The notes under the pieces are model-generated. The model was not told where the DNA came from. It ran no database searches and was given only the letters and a program-made list of their open reading frames with translations. From Lingula anatina (lineage: Eukaryota > Animalia > Brachiopoda), in contig CM120641.1 of NCBI GenBank assembly GCA_051362555.1, positions 39,810,401-39,874,400 of the forward strand: DNA of 64,000 nt. Direction: 5' to 3'. A program made the position numbers and the translations under genes. Below, piece after piece: positions 12,401-34,788 of this stretch. Positions within the stretch are counted from its first letter, which is position 1. Every line of letters starts with the position of its first letter.

Positions 12401-14602
12401 TTTTTTTTGCACCAGTTTCATTTATTTCATTTGTCTACAAAGTAGAACCAGAATATTTCTGAACTTTGGCAAAAAGCACAACTTCTAGATTCTGGAATAT
12501 GTTAGGTGCGGTTTAGACTTCTAAATCAGTAAAGTTGGAAAATGGAAATCGAAACTGGAACTTAAACAGTTTGATGTGTTACCTGCTTAGAGGTAATATA
12601 TAATATAGCACATACTATGTATTGTACTTCAGGGAACCAATGGTGCTATGGATTACTCTGGCAGGTGCTATGAACACAGGTGTGCAGGGATTAACCAAGT
12701 GGAGGTCAGGGTTGGAAACTCCAGCTGGATTCCTTGTCCTGGAGGAGACATGGTTGAGGTGACTTCCTTTTTTTAAATAAAATCTAAATCGGTTTTAGAG
12801 ATAAGGACTACTGAATGTTTTTCACCTGCATTTCCCAGCAATTGACAAAATGAACTTTGAATATAAATCAGAATTGTTTATATCATTCTCCCTTTTCTTT
12901 GCTGGTGAAACAAAATGTGGAATCTAGTTGGATGTTTGTGAAAATTCTGGCGATATGATAACATACATTACCTAAATTTGCTTCATGATGATATCTTTTA
13001 ATATTATGCTTTTTGTTTATTTATTTAATTATTTATTTGAAAATTTTCTTATAAGAATTATGATCTTAATTTTAAATGTTTTAAAAGGTTTTGTATTTTA
13101 GACAGTTCTGAATGCTCAGCATATTCGTCCTTATTTTAAATATAAGCGTATCCTGATATTTCAGATTCCGGGTCTTTTGGGCTCTCTTCTGTGTCCTATG
13201 GAAGGAGTGCTGTGTGCAACTCTTCCCTCATCCCCTCGCCCTCGTGTTACCCCTCAATCTTCATCCTCATCATCATCATTACCACCATCATCATCAACAT
13301 CGACTACCCCTTCCACAACCACAATTAGAGTTACTGTTAAAGGTAAGTGTGATTGTGACATCCTCTTACTATTTATGGCATTTATTGAAATTATACTTGG
13401 TTTTCAAGGCATTGCAAACAGTTGGAATACTATATAGATTTTCAGTGTGTCAAGAGTCTTCTTGTACAAGTACTTTTTGGCAATATATTCATTCCCAGCA
13501 AGATAAATTATTACCAGTTTAGTATTGTTATAGCAACTCTTGACCATGGTTATCTCTATTTCCAGACCCATCTTCTTCAGTCACTGCAGAACTGACGTTC
13601 AATATAAACTACACTGCTCTTGTTGCTGCTGGGAGGGTGGATTCCTTCCAGAAGGCAGTGATAAAAGAGGTGCTAAAAGCAATCAAAATTACCAGTGATA
13701 GAATAGATAATATTTCTGTGAGAGAAGGCAGTGTTATTGTGCAGTTTGATATCCTCCCTGCAACTTACGAAGACCAGGGTAAGTTGTCTTTGACACACAT
13801 TGCACAATTAAAAAAAAAAAAAAAAGATGTTTTCCCCATTCCTGGTAAATATTCAGTTATGGTTGGGGTGGTTATAATATTTGATAAAAAATTAGATTTT
13901 GAACAGAAATTTATTTTTTGTTCCAGCCAAATTTTAAATTGTGAAAAGCCAATGATGTCCAGTAAAGAGTGTTGGTGGTGAAATGTAAATCCCTGTTTGC
14001 TTTTACTTGCTAGGTCCTGTGGTAAAGACTGCCTATGCTCAATTGGCCAAACTGGTAAAAGAAGAACAGTTCAAAGTCGAGTACTTAGGAGAAGAAATAA
14101 AACCATTATCACTCAGGTAAGGGATAAACAGAGATGAGAAAAAAAGTTGCATATTGGAGGAGAAAGTTATTTCTTCTTTTAAAGTTATCCAGATCCACCT
14201 GTTATGTTTTAAAGGTGTTTCAGATTGTACCAATTCTGAATAATAAAACATGGTATTATGATATATATTGTAAATCATGTCATTGTTCATATTTTGACTT
14301 CTTTCAGGTCTACAAATCTGAACACCGACAGTCCCTTTCGTCTGGGTGCAGCAGCAGTAGTTGGAATAGTGATAGCTTCTCTGATAGTTTTCAGTCTCTT
14401 TGTGGTGATAGTGGTCGCTATCAACAAGTACAAAGTGCGCCATAGACAGGTGTGTCCTAGCGCTGCCTCCTCAGGCTCTGGCCACGACCTTCAGATGACC
14501 CATCTGTCTCGCACAAACAGTGCCGCACTGAGTGCGCGAGGAGTGGTGATAAGCACAATAGGCTCTGGTTTCACGCAGCCAGATGATCTACCAGCTATTT
14601 GA
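5037..14602 (+). CDS. CIROP: Leishmanolysin-like (peptidase M8) metallopeptidase, CIROP/LMLN2-like; type I membrane protein with Ser/Thr stalk and SEA-like domain; 17 coding exons, ~787 aa
   Basis: Exons 5037-5394, 7847-7925, 8313-8376, 9148-9297, 9625-9753, 9972-10050, 10351-10505, 10753-10824, 11180-11282, 11474-11540, 11821-11914, 12275-12373, 12633-12758, 13165-13342, 13566-13778, 14014-14116 and 14308-14602, all phase-consistent. Features: signal peptide, CIHD cysteine switch, RRKR furin site, AYASYC..GRPVAGYVNFCP, HELFHALGFS zinc motif, SHWDARFLQGSIM (CIROP-like), FEDMGWYKVN, CHYLHLDK, EGSVIV (SEA-type) and a TM segment AAAVVGIVIASLIVFSLFVVIVVAI. Confidence 0.85.
9370..9412. repeat. Poly(T) tract in intron
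   Basis: About 43 consecutive T. Confidence 0.9.
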
Positions 14603-15434
14603 GATTATCCTTCTCTGAAGGAGCAAGATGTTTGAAAATAATTTTGATTTGATCTATAGGCTATTGCTAGTTAGAATATATTCTAAGGCTTATAAAGAAA
14701 CAATGAGAAGCTGTCATTTAATAAAAATGCCAGTGTATAGATTTGTCCAGTATAATGCTTATAGAACATCGCAATATCTTTTCCCACAGTATTTTTTCAT
14801 TCCAACTGTAACTTGACAGTATAAGTATCCAAGTGCAGTGGATGTGTTTTATAAGAGGCAATTAGATGCATTATGAATGTGAACACTTGTGCAATTATAA
14901 AGTAGTATAGCTTGTTTTTGCTAGTCTAAGACCATGGCCAGTGATTGAGAAATCTATTTCCGGATTGATTAATTGGATAAGTAATAAATTACTATTTAGA
15001 TGATAGCAGAATGTCTGTTAAAAACTTACACTTAATATTTCCTAATAACTGTGATATTTTGCGTCCAAAGAGACATGTTTTCTGTAGGTATAGTATTTTT
15101 ATAAGAGATTAATGAAAATGATGTTCAATGTAACATTTTGTATTTAAGCTTAATGTGCACCAAGTGCATCACATAGGCATGGTACAGTTGCTCTGAGCAT
15201 TAGTTTTGAAATTATTTTAGTTACTAAATGTGATATAATGGCATTGATATCAAATATGATATAAGCATGATTTTATTTTTAACTGTCTCATGTATTTTCT
15301 TTCCTTTGTAGGGGGAAGGAGGCAGCGCAGGCTCTTTTTTTAGTATTTCAGTTGCATTCTTCAAAACTCGAGAAGGACCAGTGTAACTGGAGCCAAGAGT
15401 GCTCTCAAAAATTGGCACTACCAGGCTATGTTAG

Positions 15435-15487
15435 TTGTTGTTATGTGTCATATGAGGATTTGTTGTTATGTGTCATATGAGGATTTG
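15435..15487. repeat. Two-copy 25-bp tandem repeat
   Basis: ttgttgttatgtgtcatatgaggat repeated twice. Confidence 0.85.
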
Positions 15488-16298
15488 AGTCTTCTTTAAA
15501 ATTTTTTTCAAGTGAGTGAAAAAAATATACATATAGATTGGCTGAATTTTACAAAATTTCTTTTCAAAAACTACTTTGATTTAGGATATCTTGTTTGACA
15601 GGAGGTAAAGAAAGTAACATAAAAGGCATTTAGATACTTATAGATTAAGTAATTTTAATTAGAAAATCTGTATTCATTATGAAGAATGGCTAGTATTTCT
15701 GGTAATGATATAATTGTCCAGAGGCATTTATAAGGCCAGTGGTACTACTTGTATACACAATAGTGCACCATAGGATTTAAGTGCTTAGTCAAAAAGAGAT
15801 TTAACTTTGCTTCAGTAACAGTTCACAAATGTGGAGCTGCAGAGTTTGATTTAAAGGAAGTTAATGCTCAAGAAAAGAATGCCATCTGCATTTGGATGCA
15901 TATTCCCACCAGAATTTGGTGTGTATGTCTAGTATTATGCCAACAATGGTCTATAGGTAATCAAAACTTTTTAACCTTGTTGAATATGTTAAACGTATGA
16001 AGAATAAATATACAATTGTCTTTCAAGTATTTATTTTTCATTTTCTTATTTGTTTTTTCTCAGGTATTTGAAGATAATGATCCATGGAATGAATGTTTGC
16101 CAGTGCCTATTTTTTTTATTTCACATAGATGTGTCCAAATTCTGGTTAATATCATTGATATGTATGATTTCAGTTCAAAATGCTATGAGTATCAATAAGT
16201 CTTTTGCAGCTAAGGGAAGGACGAGAGGTTGGCTTGTTTTGTTTACTGAGGAGCTGGCTCTCCAGCATTCTTTTGTTTACTGAAGAGCAAGTGCTTCC

Positions 16299-16326
16299 AT
16301 ATATATATATATATATATATATATAT
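16299..16326. repeat. (AT)n microsatellite
   Basis: Direct observation. Confidence 0.9.
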
Positions 16327-18197
16327 GGTGAATGCTAATCTCTGTAGAATTTAACATTGGCTACAAATTTTTTGTAAACATCTCAATGTCGGTTTTTCTT
16401 TAACTTTTGAAAGCTTCACTTCGTAAAGTACATCAGTTCCATGTCAAACTATGCACATAAAACTCCACCATTCAGAAAAATGACTAAAACTTTAACTATT
16501 TGATTCAAAAGCATATGTGTACACCATACAGATCTGGGAAGGAGGTAGGTGGTGTGATATTATTTAGATAAATGGGCAGATCAGACACTCCATATTCAAA
16601 ACAAGTCTTTGTTTCTACAAGAACATCTTTATTATCTTTCTATATATTAAGTTTCCATTAATACATAAATCAATACACCTGTGGTGCAGCTTCTAATACA
16701 TAAACAGAACACTGCAACAGGAAACTGGTTAACAGTGGTTTAAGAAAAAATATAGTAAGAAATTGATTGGCAAACATTAATAAAAGGACGGAACAGTTAA
16801 AATACTATGTTCAGGGATTTTTAACCAGATGAAAAAGAAAAACCTTTATTTAATATGCAATTAAAGATGTTTGATTATCTTGCAAGGAATTCCTTAAGAT
16901 TTGTTATACTGGCAGTAATCAGATAGGACTATCCTTCAATAACTAGAAATTATTAACATAATAAATGACTTAAGTGATTTAACTTAAATATTTGGCTATT
17001 AATGACTTGCTTTCTGCAGTAATCAAACTATTCACTAGTTATCTGTTTAATTAATTTTTTTTCAATTCTAAACAGATGAAAATTCAGCTGATTTTACCTG
17101 TTAACTGTGCTTAAATCACTTTTTCATTTACACATATATGCAAAGTATAGCAATATTGAAGTGCTAAAAATATACATGCAGTCCTAACAAAGATGCAACA
17201 ATGATCACTAACAATTCAGATGGCTACTGTGGTATTGCACTTTATAAATCAGATACTTTGGTCCTCAGAACTGACTGGTATATATCATGGAATTCATGAA
17301 TTATTATTCAATTCATACTTTAAAACATTGGCAGGGAATAACTGCCAAAGGCTTTCCTTAGTTCAAGTCTTATAAAGTATGAAACGGGGCACAGTGAGGA
17401 TGCATTTTTAAAACTTTTCTAGTGCCTCACTATACTCTGGGATATCCTTCAAGAACAGTTTGCTGGGGCTGTCCTGACTAGGTCTCTACAAACATCTTCT
17501 ACACATACAGGTCTCTATGTGACCTTCTTTTTAAAACAACCAACGCTTGTGTTGGCCATGTTTATGGTCACATGGGGCAATAGACCAAAAGTTAGTAATC
17601 TGTGTTAAATTTTTAAGTCAACAACATCAACCATTACTATCTAAAAGATAAGGCTGTTAGAATTATCAATGGCACCAATAGAATGCAATCTGACAAAAGA
17701 TGGGCACATACATGCAAAAAGAGAATAAACACTTTTGTGAAAAAAAGATAAAATTATAACATAAAAAACTATCTAAGTCAAAATATTCAATTAATCCGAA
17801 GTTCTGTTACAAATGATATGAAGCTTCGTTAACATATTCAACACACAAGAACAACTGAACTGATATGACAAATTGTACACTAATAATTACTATATCTACA
17901 CCATTCCTCAAAAACCAATCAAAGAACTTGATTACAGAATTCTAAAAAGAAAAAAAAAAGATTGAACCACTTTAGTAGCTGTGATTCCCGACCACCAAGG
18001 GTCAGTGCCCAAACACAGATTGCCACAGCACAAGTGATCTATGCAGCAGGCAAGAGAATTAGTAATTATTAGTCCACACCACACAACACGCAGGTCTCAA
18101 TTGCGCCCAGTTCAATGAAAACATGGCCCCCAGGATTCCCTCGTCTCTAGATGTTGTAGAAGCTCCCGTCATGACGAAAAATCCCTTGGCCAAACAG

Positions 18198-27458
<9,261 letters not shown>

Positions 27459-27859
27459 TTATATGGTTCAATATGGCTACCAGGTACTGGCCCGAGTGGT
27501 AAAGTTTGGTGATATGTGCCACAGCTGAGTACCTTTGTAGACACAGTGAGATCAGTGGGGGTCTAAACTATGTAATGACATCCTTGTTCGTGAAGTAAAA
27601 TACAAATACGACTGTCCCGCAAGTCTTCGATTTTCGTCTCGTCTTGCGTTCTCCTCTGCACACAGCCTAGCAAAATAAATATTTTGATAGTGAAATGTCA
27701 AACGATTTTAACAACGCATATCCCCGTAAAAAACTTGGTCAGTGTCCTACATACTGATCGGGTATGTCTTTTTAGTCTTTATACTACATGTCAAGAAATA
27801 TTATTGGAACAATTCAAGAGCATTAAATTGAAAATTCATAGACTTTTCCTCAGTAATTA

Positions 27860-28140
27860 CCTTCACGAATTCCTCTGGGAACATGTAATCCTCCGCCTGC
27901 CTTCTAGCTCATTTCCGGTTCGTCATAATTATTTCAGAATTTATTCTAATTTCACTTATCATATATGATAAAGACATACATTATGAAAGTATTTCTGGAA
28001 GTTATAGACAATTATATAACAGGACATATGAAAATAAAAAGAAATATTTAACCGGACTATAAAAGTAGTTCTGCGTTTTGCGGTTCATTGTTATTGTGAA
28101 TACCACTGTGTATAGCAACCTGGTCACGTGATCACACAAG
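27860..28140 (-). promoter_or_regulatory. Putative CDKL promoter / upstream non-coding exon region
   Basis: Minus-strand CCGGAAAT ETS-like site (~27912-27918), minus-strand donor AAG|GTAATT (~27860) and GTCACGTGAT E-box (~28123). Confidence 0.3.
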
Positions 28141-29680
28141 CCAAACAGCAAATAGTTTTTGGCGGTCCTCGACTCTTGCACATTGCTATGGACTATCTTA
28201 CACACTGCTTTGGGCTTTTATTTCATATTTGGTGCGTATTTAAGCTGGTGGAGTTTCCATTTAATTAATTAACCCTTTAAAGGCTCTATAATAACTTTCT
28301 TTATGTTTCTTCAATTTTCGTGATGTTTCCGAACCAGAGAGATTTTAGAAATCGCTGCCAATTTGACTTAGGAATGTAGCCACCGATGTAAAAAAAGAGC
28401 TTTTCAATGTGCAGTCCAGTACTTTTTACTGATAAATATATTATAACGCTATATGAAAACCTTGAGTTTGAGCTGAATTAATTGCTTTGCATTTAAAATA
28501 CTGTGTCGATTTTCTTAATTTGATTAACACTATCTTTATTAGACATAATAAATAACCTTTTTTCTTACATTAAGATCTATGTCATAATTTTTGACAGTTA
28601 ATTTCAAAGGAAAAAAATATAAGCCCAACAGAAAAAGTACGTGGATTTGATCAGTAACCTAGATAGATTAGCCTTATACATCACTGATTTGATGGAACTC
28701 CCTTCTCTTACGGACCACATTAATTAGACTTAGGGAGACACGTAGGGCCTTCTTTCTAAAAATTAATTTAGTTTTAATTATTATTATCATCATTATTATA
28801 GGCCTTATCACGATCGAAATACTGGTCTAAGTAGCCTATTAATTCTTTTTTTTTTTTGCCTCGGACCCACTCCCATTTCATGATACATGCAATAATAATT
28901 TCCAATCATTTATCGCTGCCACTAATTAGGCAGTTGCCCCCTTACACCCAATATACAATAGAGATAAATTAAGGGCAAAAAATTACATATTGCAATGGCT
29001 GATCCAGGTGGTCACAACAGGTACGTGCACCTCCTTTAGCTTCCGAGGTACATGTACCCCTTCTCACCTCTACTCCCATCAAGAACAATAAAATATGAAG
29101 CGACACGTGACAAACCCAAGCAATTTCTTTAACTCTGCATATTATTGTAAAGTTGCCCTCGTCTAATTTATTTTCTTCGTCGAATGAAGCCAGGGGGACA
29201 TTTTTATTCTTGTGCCATTCCTTAATTGCTACCTTCTACCAGGATCACCGGTACCGAATGTGCCCTCACGACCCCTTCTCCCTTTTCTTCCCACCATCCA
29301 CCCTAAGTGAGAAGAAGACGAAGAAGAAAAAGAAGACGTGTCACTGAACAATAACTTAACAATCACGAACAGTTACGAAGAGCAGTTTTATTCAAAAATT
29401 AAGGAGAGAAATGGATCACAGAGATAACTATGGGGAGCAAAGGGGAATATGACACACTTAGTACCCAGGTCAAACAGACAGAACATAACTGTAATCCACT
29501 ACGATGAGCATTTAGGAAATGTATATCAATCCACTAGAACAATACGGTTGGTAGTTAATAGATAGTTCATTACAAGGATAACCAAGGCTAAATTTTTCAG
29601 TTTTCATTCATGCATTTTTTTATTTGAATAAACGATAGATGAACCATATTTGTATGGATGAACATATAATACGTAAGCTT

Positions 29681-29960
29681 AGGCCCCATTCAGAACGAGA
29701 AGATCCAAGTGCTAGCTCGCTAGCAAGACCGCTCTATCATGTAGCCTAATGGTCTCTCCACCTCTCAAACGCCACCCAAAGCGTCGTCCCTGCAGGGGCA
29801 CAGTAATTAAATCTCGGCTCAATGGAACCGGTTGAGGGACGACGCGTGGGGAGGCGTGTGAGAGGCGGAGAGACCATTACAGGATTAGCGGTCTTCTTTC
29901 ATGTAGGTCCGCCATATTTAGGCCTAGCTAGGACTCGGCTCTTCTCATTCTGAAGGCCCT
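29681..29960. mobile_element. Hairpin MITE family A, full copy (PIF/Harbinger-like ends)
   Basis: Terminal inverted repeats aggccccattcagaacgagaaga / tcttctcattctgaaggccct, preceded by TTA. Internal arms taatggtctctcc / ggagagaccatta and gcgtcgtccct / agggacgacgc. Confidence 0.8.
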
Positions 29961-30989
29961 GAATGCTCCTTTACAAACACATTTGTAAAAATGTTTCAAC
30001 AATCAAGTCAAGCAAAGAGTTTCATTTCAGTTTTTTAGATTGTGAACCCGAGATATTCTCAATGTTATAATAGAATGCGTAACTATTTTTCAAATGCCCG
30101 ATGACTAATTTAGATATCAGATTTATTCAATTTTAGAAATAAAACTGATGTGTAAGAGAAATAAAATGTCATTTTTATGAGAAAACTTGCTGTCTACCAT
30201 AAATGACTTCTTTCTGACGATTTTCATTTTCAGTTACGGTTAAAAGTATTGTGTTACGACTTTCAACTATGAAATATTTGCATTAGGCCTACTATCTCAT
30301 TCGGATATAAGGATATGTTATTTTTTTATGACCGATTTCTCTCGGTCCTTTTTTTATATTCAAAATGTACAATAGCACTAGTTTTCCTAATAAGGATGCT
30401 AGAAAATTTCTTTATATCAACTATTTTTTACGATATACCATTACAGGCTAGATTATTTCAATACCCGACTGTTCGTCCCCAGTGTGTTAGATGTGACAGA
30501 GCTACGCACGACCGTCTTATCCAATAAGCCCTGTTAGACGTCACGTTTTCAGGACGATGGTGGCGTTTGGGTCGACAAACGTCTGGGTCAATGTAACGTG
30601 ACTGTCACTTCTTTTATAAATGTCTGGCTTACACGACGAGTGTCAAGGTCTATTGGGGGTATAACAAAAACCGAAATCGGGATAATAAAATGAGATCGCT
30701 ACACAGAGCTAAGAACAAAATAGCCCTTAGGCCTACATCGAGAACTATTTCTATCGAAATGTCTGCTGACATGTTCATATTGTACATTTTGAAGCAAAGT
30801 GTTGTGAAATTGTATCAGTGACATTTAGTGGTTGATGTTTAAAATGAACGTGCTCGAAAATATTGCTGCATTATGCGAGGTCTGTTTAAAAAATAAAGGG
30901 ACTGGCACTGCGCCTCTAACAATAAAATACTGCATGGCGTTCCCCTTAGAGTCTTATCTACTTTTTTCTGTCCCTTTCTGCCACGCTTG

Positions 30990-31260
30990 TAGTAGTCACT
31001 GCTTGAAGGGTTCGTCTGGGATGCGTCTCAGCCCCTTCATTTTCGCCTCCAGACCTTCAAAACAGTTTTCCTTGATATCCAGGTTTAAATCCTCTGTGAA
31101 GAAGTGTGAAGATCTTATGCCGACTGGTTTCTTGAATTTTCATCTGAAGCCTACCTCAAAGCTTTCGGTCTCACCCAAGACCTTGGCAAGTGTTGTTGGG
31201 AATGAGAAGTAACCACTGAGGTGTGTGACAATTGACATTGTTGTAAAGATGATGGTTTAC
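30990..31260 (-). pseudogene. Possible decayed coding fragment, weakly resembling a Mab-21/cGAS-like C-terminal helical region
   Basis: Minus frame reads ..LAKVLGETESFEVGFR*KFKKPVGIRSSHFFTEDLNLDIKENCFEGLEAKMKGLRRIPDEPFKQ*. HFF..xLNL resembles the PH(Y/F)F..xLNL motif. Contains an internal stop. Confidence 0.2.
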
Positions 31261-32078
31261 ACATTCACAAGTGGCACGTAATAAGTAAAATAAAACCAAG
31301 TAAGTAAAAATCAAGCGAGTTATTGAGTGCAAGTTTAATTTCCTTAAGAGTCAACATGTGTGGAAATTATGTTTGTGTTTAAATAAGATGGTAAATGTCA
31401 AAGTCACATAAAGTGTTTTTGATTGGTTAATTTCAAAATTAAATTGTAAGTTCTTCCTCGTGTATAAGACATGCAAACTGAGTTTTGGGTACGATCTAAG
31501 TATGATAGATAGCTTTAGATTTCTAAATGAAAACAAGGCTCTTAGAGTTTGCCTAATAAGGTAATAAGGAATGGTGGAATGACAAATCAGAATGGATAAT
31601 TCTGGTAATCACGCAAAAGAGGAAAACAAGTAAATGCGTGATCGGTGCGGAAAAATAGACTATAAATACTGTTAAATTTGTATGAAAAATGAGTCGGTGA
31701 ATAAATGTTTGAAAGCTTCAAATCTTGTCGTTGTCGCTATAACAGTATTATATCTCCCTGTCTCTATTCAGGCTATTGACAATCCCCTTGGGCTCGGGAA
31801 AAAAGACAAAAGTCACGCAAGCAAAACCTGGTGAATAAAAACGTTGCCTTGCTGAGCAACCCCCTAACACGTGCATAAAAGCGTGGCAGAGAAGGGTGGA
31901 AAGTGCATACGACCTAAAGAGTGTCAATATGAAGGGGAAACCATGTACTATGTCATTTCGAATTATAACAAAATTTTCGTGACACTAGTTCCGTTAATAT
32001 TCAGACACATGTATATGAAATCTCTGATAACCCATACGTATGATGAATAATACATTGTCAGGGTAATGCTTATAAACA

Positions 32079-34788
32079 CTATGGTTTACTGTCTTCAAAT
32101 GCAGCATTGATTTGCCCTTCGTCGGCCGTGTTCGCTTGACTGGAAGTTTCCTCTACGGCGGATGGTTCGCCATTCTGAATGCGCAATTCGAGGTCTTTTT
32201 CTTCGTCCCATTTCTTGTGTTCTTCAGCCCACATGTCCTCTTCTCCTCTCTCGCTGACTTCTAAGAACTTCTGGCCTGCTCGGGAAAGCAAGAAAAACGA
32301 AAGTGCTCCGAAGACTATGATACCTACGCATACCAAGACGAACTCCACGGACAAAGGACGCACGATAGCGAAGGCACTCACCAAAGCGACTGTGTCTATG
32401 ATGTAGATCAAACCAGCCAAAACCAGGCGATGGAAATGGGTGCCAATGACAGAGCCCAAGGGAGCCCCAAACACGACGATGGGAACACAAACAGCCAGAA
32501 ACTCCCAGCTTTCCAATTCTATTGCTTCCATGATCACGCTCCGCCAGTAAAACCCAACCACGGTGTTTCCGGCCATTAAAATGACAGATGTTGGAGTTGA
32601 CGTTTTCTCGCTCACACGGAATAGTAGCGTAAGGATGCTGAAACTACATATATCTAGCCCACTTCCCGCAAAAGCTGTAAATACTCCACCAAGAAGACCT
32701 GTGGCAATAAGCACTAGCGCTTTCCACCAGTTGAAATTTGGAATTTTTGGAAACGTGCGCCTCTTGTGATATCTGTTCAACCAGAACAAAACGAAAGCGA
32801 AAGAAAACCAGATGCATACAAATCCCATTTTTTTCTGTTGCGGGGTGAGTCTCGGATCTATGAACTCTAAGCCGACGATTGTACCAATTCCTCCCCCAAG
32901 GGAGCAGAATATAATGGAATGCCATTCCAACTGAACCTTCATCCAGATGATGGTAAAGGCAGCGGCAGTCATCCCGGCTGACTGGATCATCAGGGAGAAA
33001 TCGCGGGCGATGGAAGGCTTGATTCCAAAGGCAAGGGTCATCACAGGGAAGGCGACGGCACCACCCCCTTCGCTGGTCATTCCTGCAGAAATAAAACCTT
33101 TGCCATGAAAAGCACTAAGGAGCACTATTTGTATGAACCACATCAGGCATGGGTAGCCTCACTTAAAACTAAGACCTAGACTTAATTTCTTATTCTCAGA
33201 GTGTGACTCTTCCACTTTTCCCTTGAACAATCCAACAGATACAAAACCTAGATACTAGTTTAAAGAAAATGTAAATGTTTAAACATGTTTTTAAAAGCAT
33301 GTCTAATACCTGCAATCAATGATCCGAAAACCATCGTAATGGACATGAAATACTTTTCATTGAAAAGGTGCCACAGGTTCCGCTTGGCCATGATAGTCAG
33401 CCATATGAAGAGAAACAAGGAACTTGGGATGAGGATTCCAATAATTCGGCGATGTAATATCATCGCTTTCTGATACCACTTGGCATCATGTCGTATGGTC
33501 TCAATGGCTTTCTGGTGAGTGGCAGTCAAGGATTGACCTAAAAATGAAAAAAATGTCAGATGAATACTTGCTTTGAAATCACCGTAGGATTTATTCAAGA
33601 ATAGTTCATGCTGATGATTGTTATAATATATGATTTTAAGCAAAATTCCAAATAAGCTATTTTGGAATAAAGATGACTGTATTTTGCAAGATTGTATATA
33701 AATAACTGTTGATGGTGCTTAGCCATAACATGTATTTTTTATTGATGTACCAGACACTCACGAGACTTACAGATGACATCATAAAAGCATATTATTGAAG
33801 CATTTGAAACTGGCTTTGAATTTGTTAAGTCAACCTATTCAAAAGCTTGAAGCATAAGAAAGGTACACATCAAAAAGAAAAGCACGAAGAAAATGATTGC
33901 GCGAGTCACGTCATACTAATTGTACTTTGTTGACTACAACACATTTTCAGTTTTTTTTTTTTTTTTTTTGCTTTATATTCACCGCTGTCTTTAAGATATT
34001 TTTTATTCTGAAAGTGCAAAAATGACGCAGTTGAGTGGTCTTCGAAAAAATATTTTGGATTTATGAACAACAGAATTTCTGTTACTGAAATATAAACGAT
34101 GTAAACACCGTGCATATCTGTTGCTTAGGTGCACATTGTTAAGTCTGGGTTCTGTGCGTCATGTGCATATCGTTTGTTTATGAAATCCTGGCATTGCATG
34201 TTACATGTGTAGACCGACATATCACATTGCGTGCTGTTGCCACGGTGTTTTGGTCGCTTTTTTTTACATGTAACATTACACGAATCTGTACCCTAGTAAA
34301 CAACTTCAAAGAATCGTTTTAAAAATAGCAGCAGGCCCCACGGACAACCTTTATATGTAAAATCCTACATTTTATAAGAACATTATTTTATATTGTCTGT
34401 TGATGTATTTTTATTCCATCTACATTGAGCAAGATTTTGGCTCTCATAAAAGTTCGATTATCTGCAGGTTTGTGCTTGCAAGGTATGTCTAAAAGGGCGG
34501 ATCCAGGATTATTTGAAGGGGGTCCTCGGATGCGAAACCGACCCTCTCTCTCCCAATGTACTTCCGTCAGGACAGCCCCCCCCCCCCCGTCACCCCCCAA
34601 ATCCGTCATTGAGACTTTGTGAGAGAATATCTAAAACTACGTCGCCGACAGAACAAACAAGAAACAATATGCAACTCACCCTCCCAGAAGTATTTCTTCA
34701 AAAATGCCGCCAATGAAAATGGTCGTTTTCTTCTGCAACATCCTGTGCTGGAGTTGTCGGAGGTGTCCTCGGCTGTGGCAGACGTCGG
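32079..34788 (-). CDS. Sulfite exporter TauE/SafE-family multi-pass membrane protein (start-codon exon further upstream, unresolved)
   Basis: Exons 34788-34680 (..LKKYFWEG), 33537-33310 (..YFMSITMVFGSLIAG) and 33082-32079, phase-consistent. TauE hallmarks AGMTSEGGGAVAFP and the internal-repeat GGVFTAFAGSGLD, plus TSVILMAGNTVVG and PIVVFGAPLGS, with many hydrophobic segments. Confidence 0.85.
34494..34611. mobile_element. Degenerate GGGGCGGATCCAGG-type short DNA element
   Basis: Begins agggcggatccagga and ends aaatccgtcattg. Related ends occur at ~28993, ~42322, 49178-49347 and ~51060-51348. Confidence 0.55.

Noticed and set aside
13214-13522. His-rich ORF (HPHHHHYHHHHQH)
   Set aside because: Alternative frame of the TCA-repeat Ser/Thr stalk exon of the peptidase.
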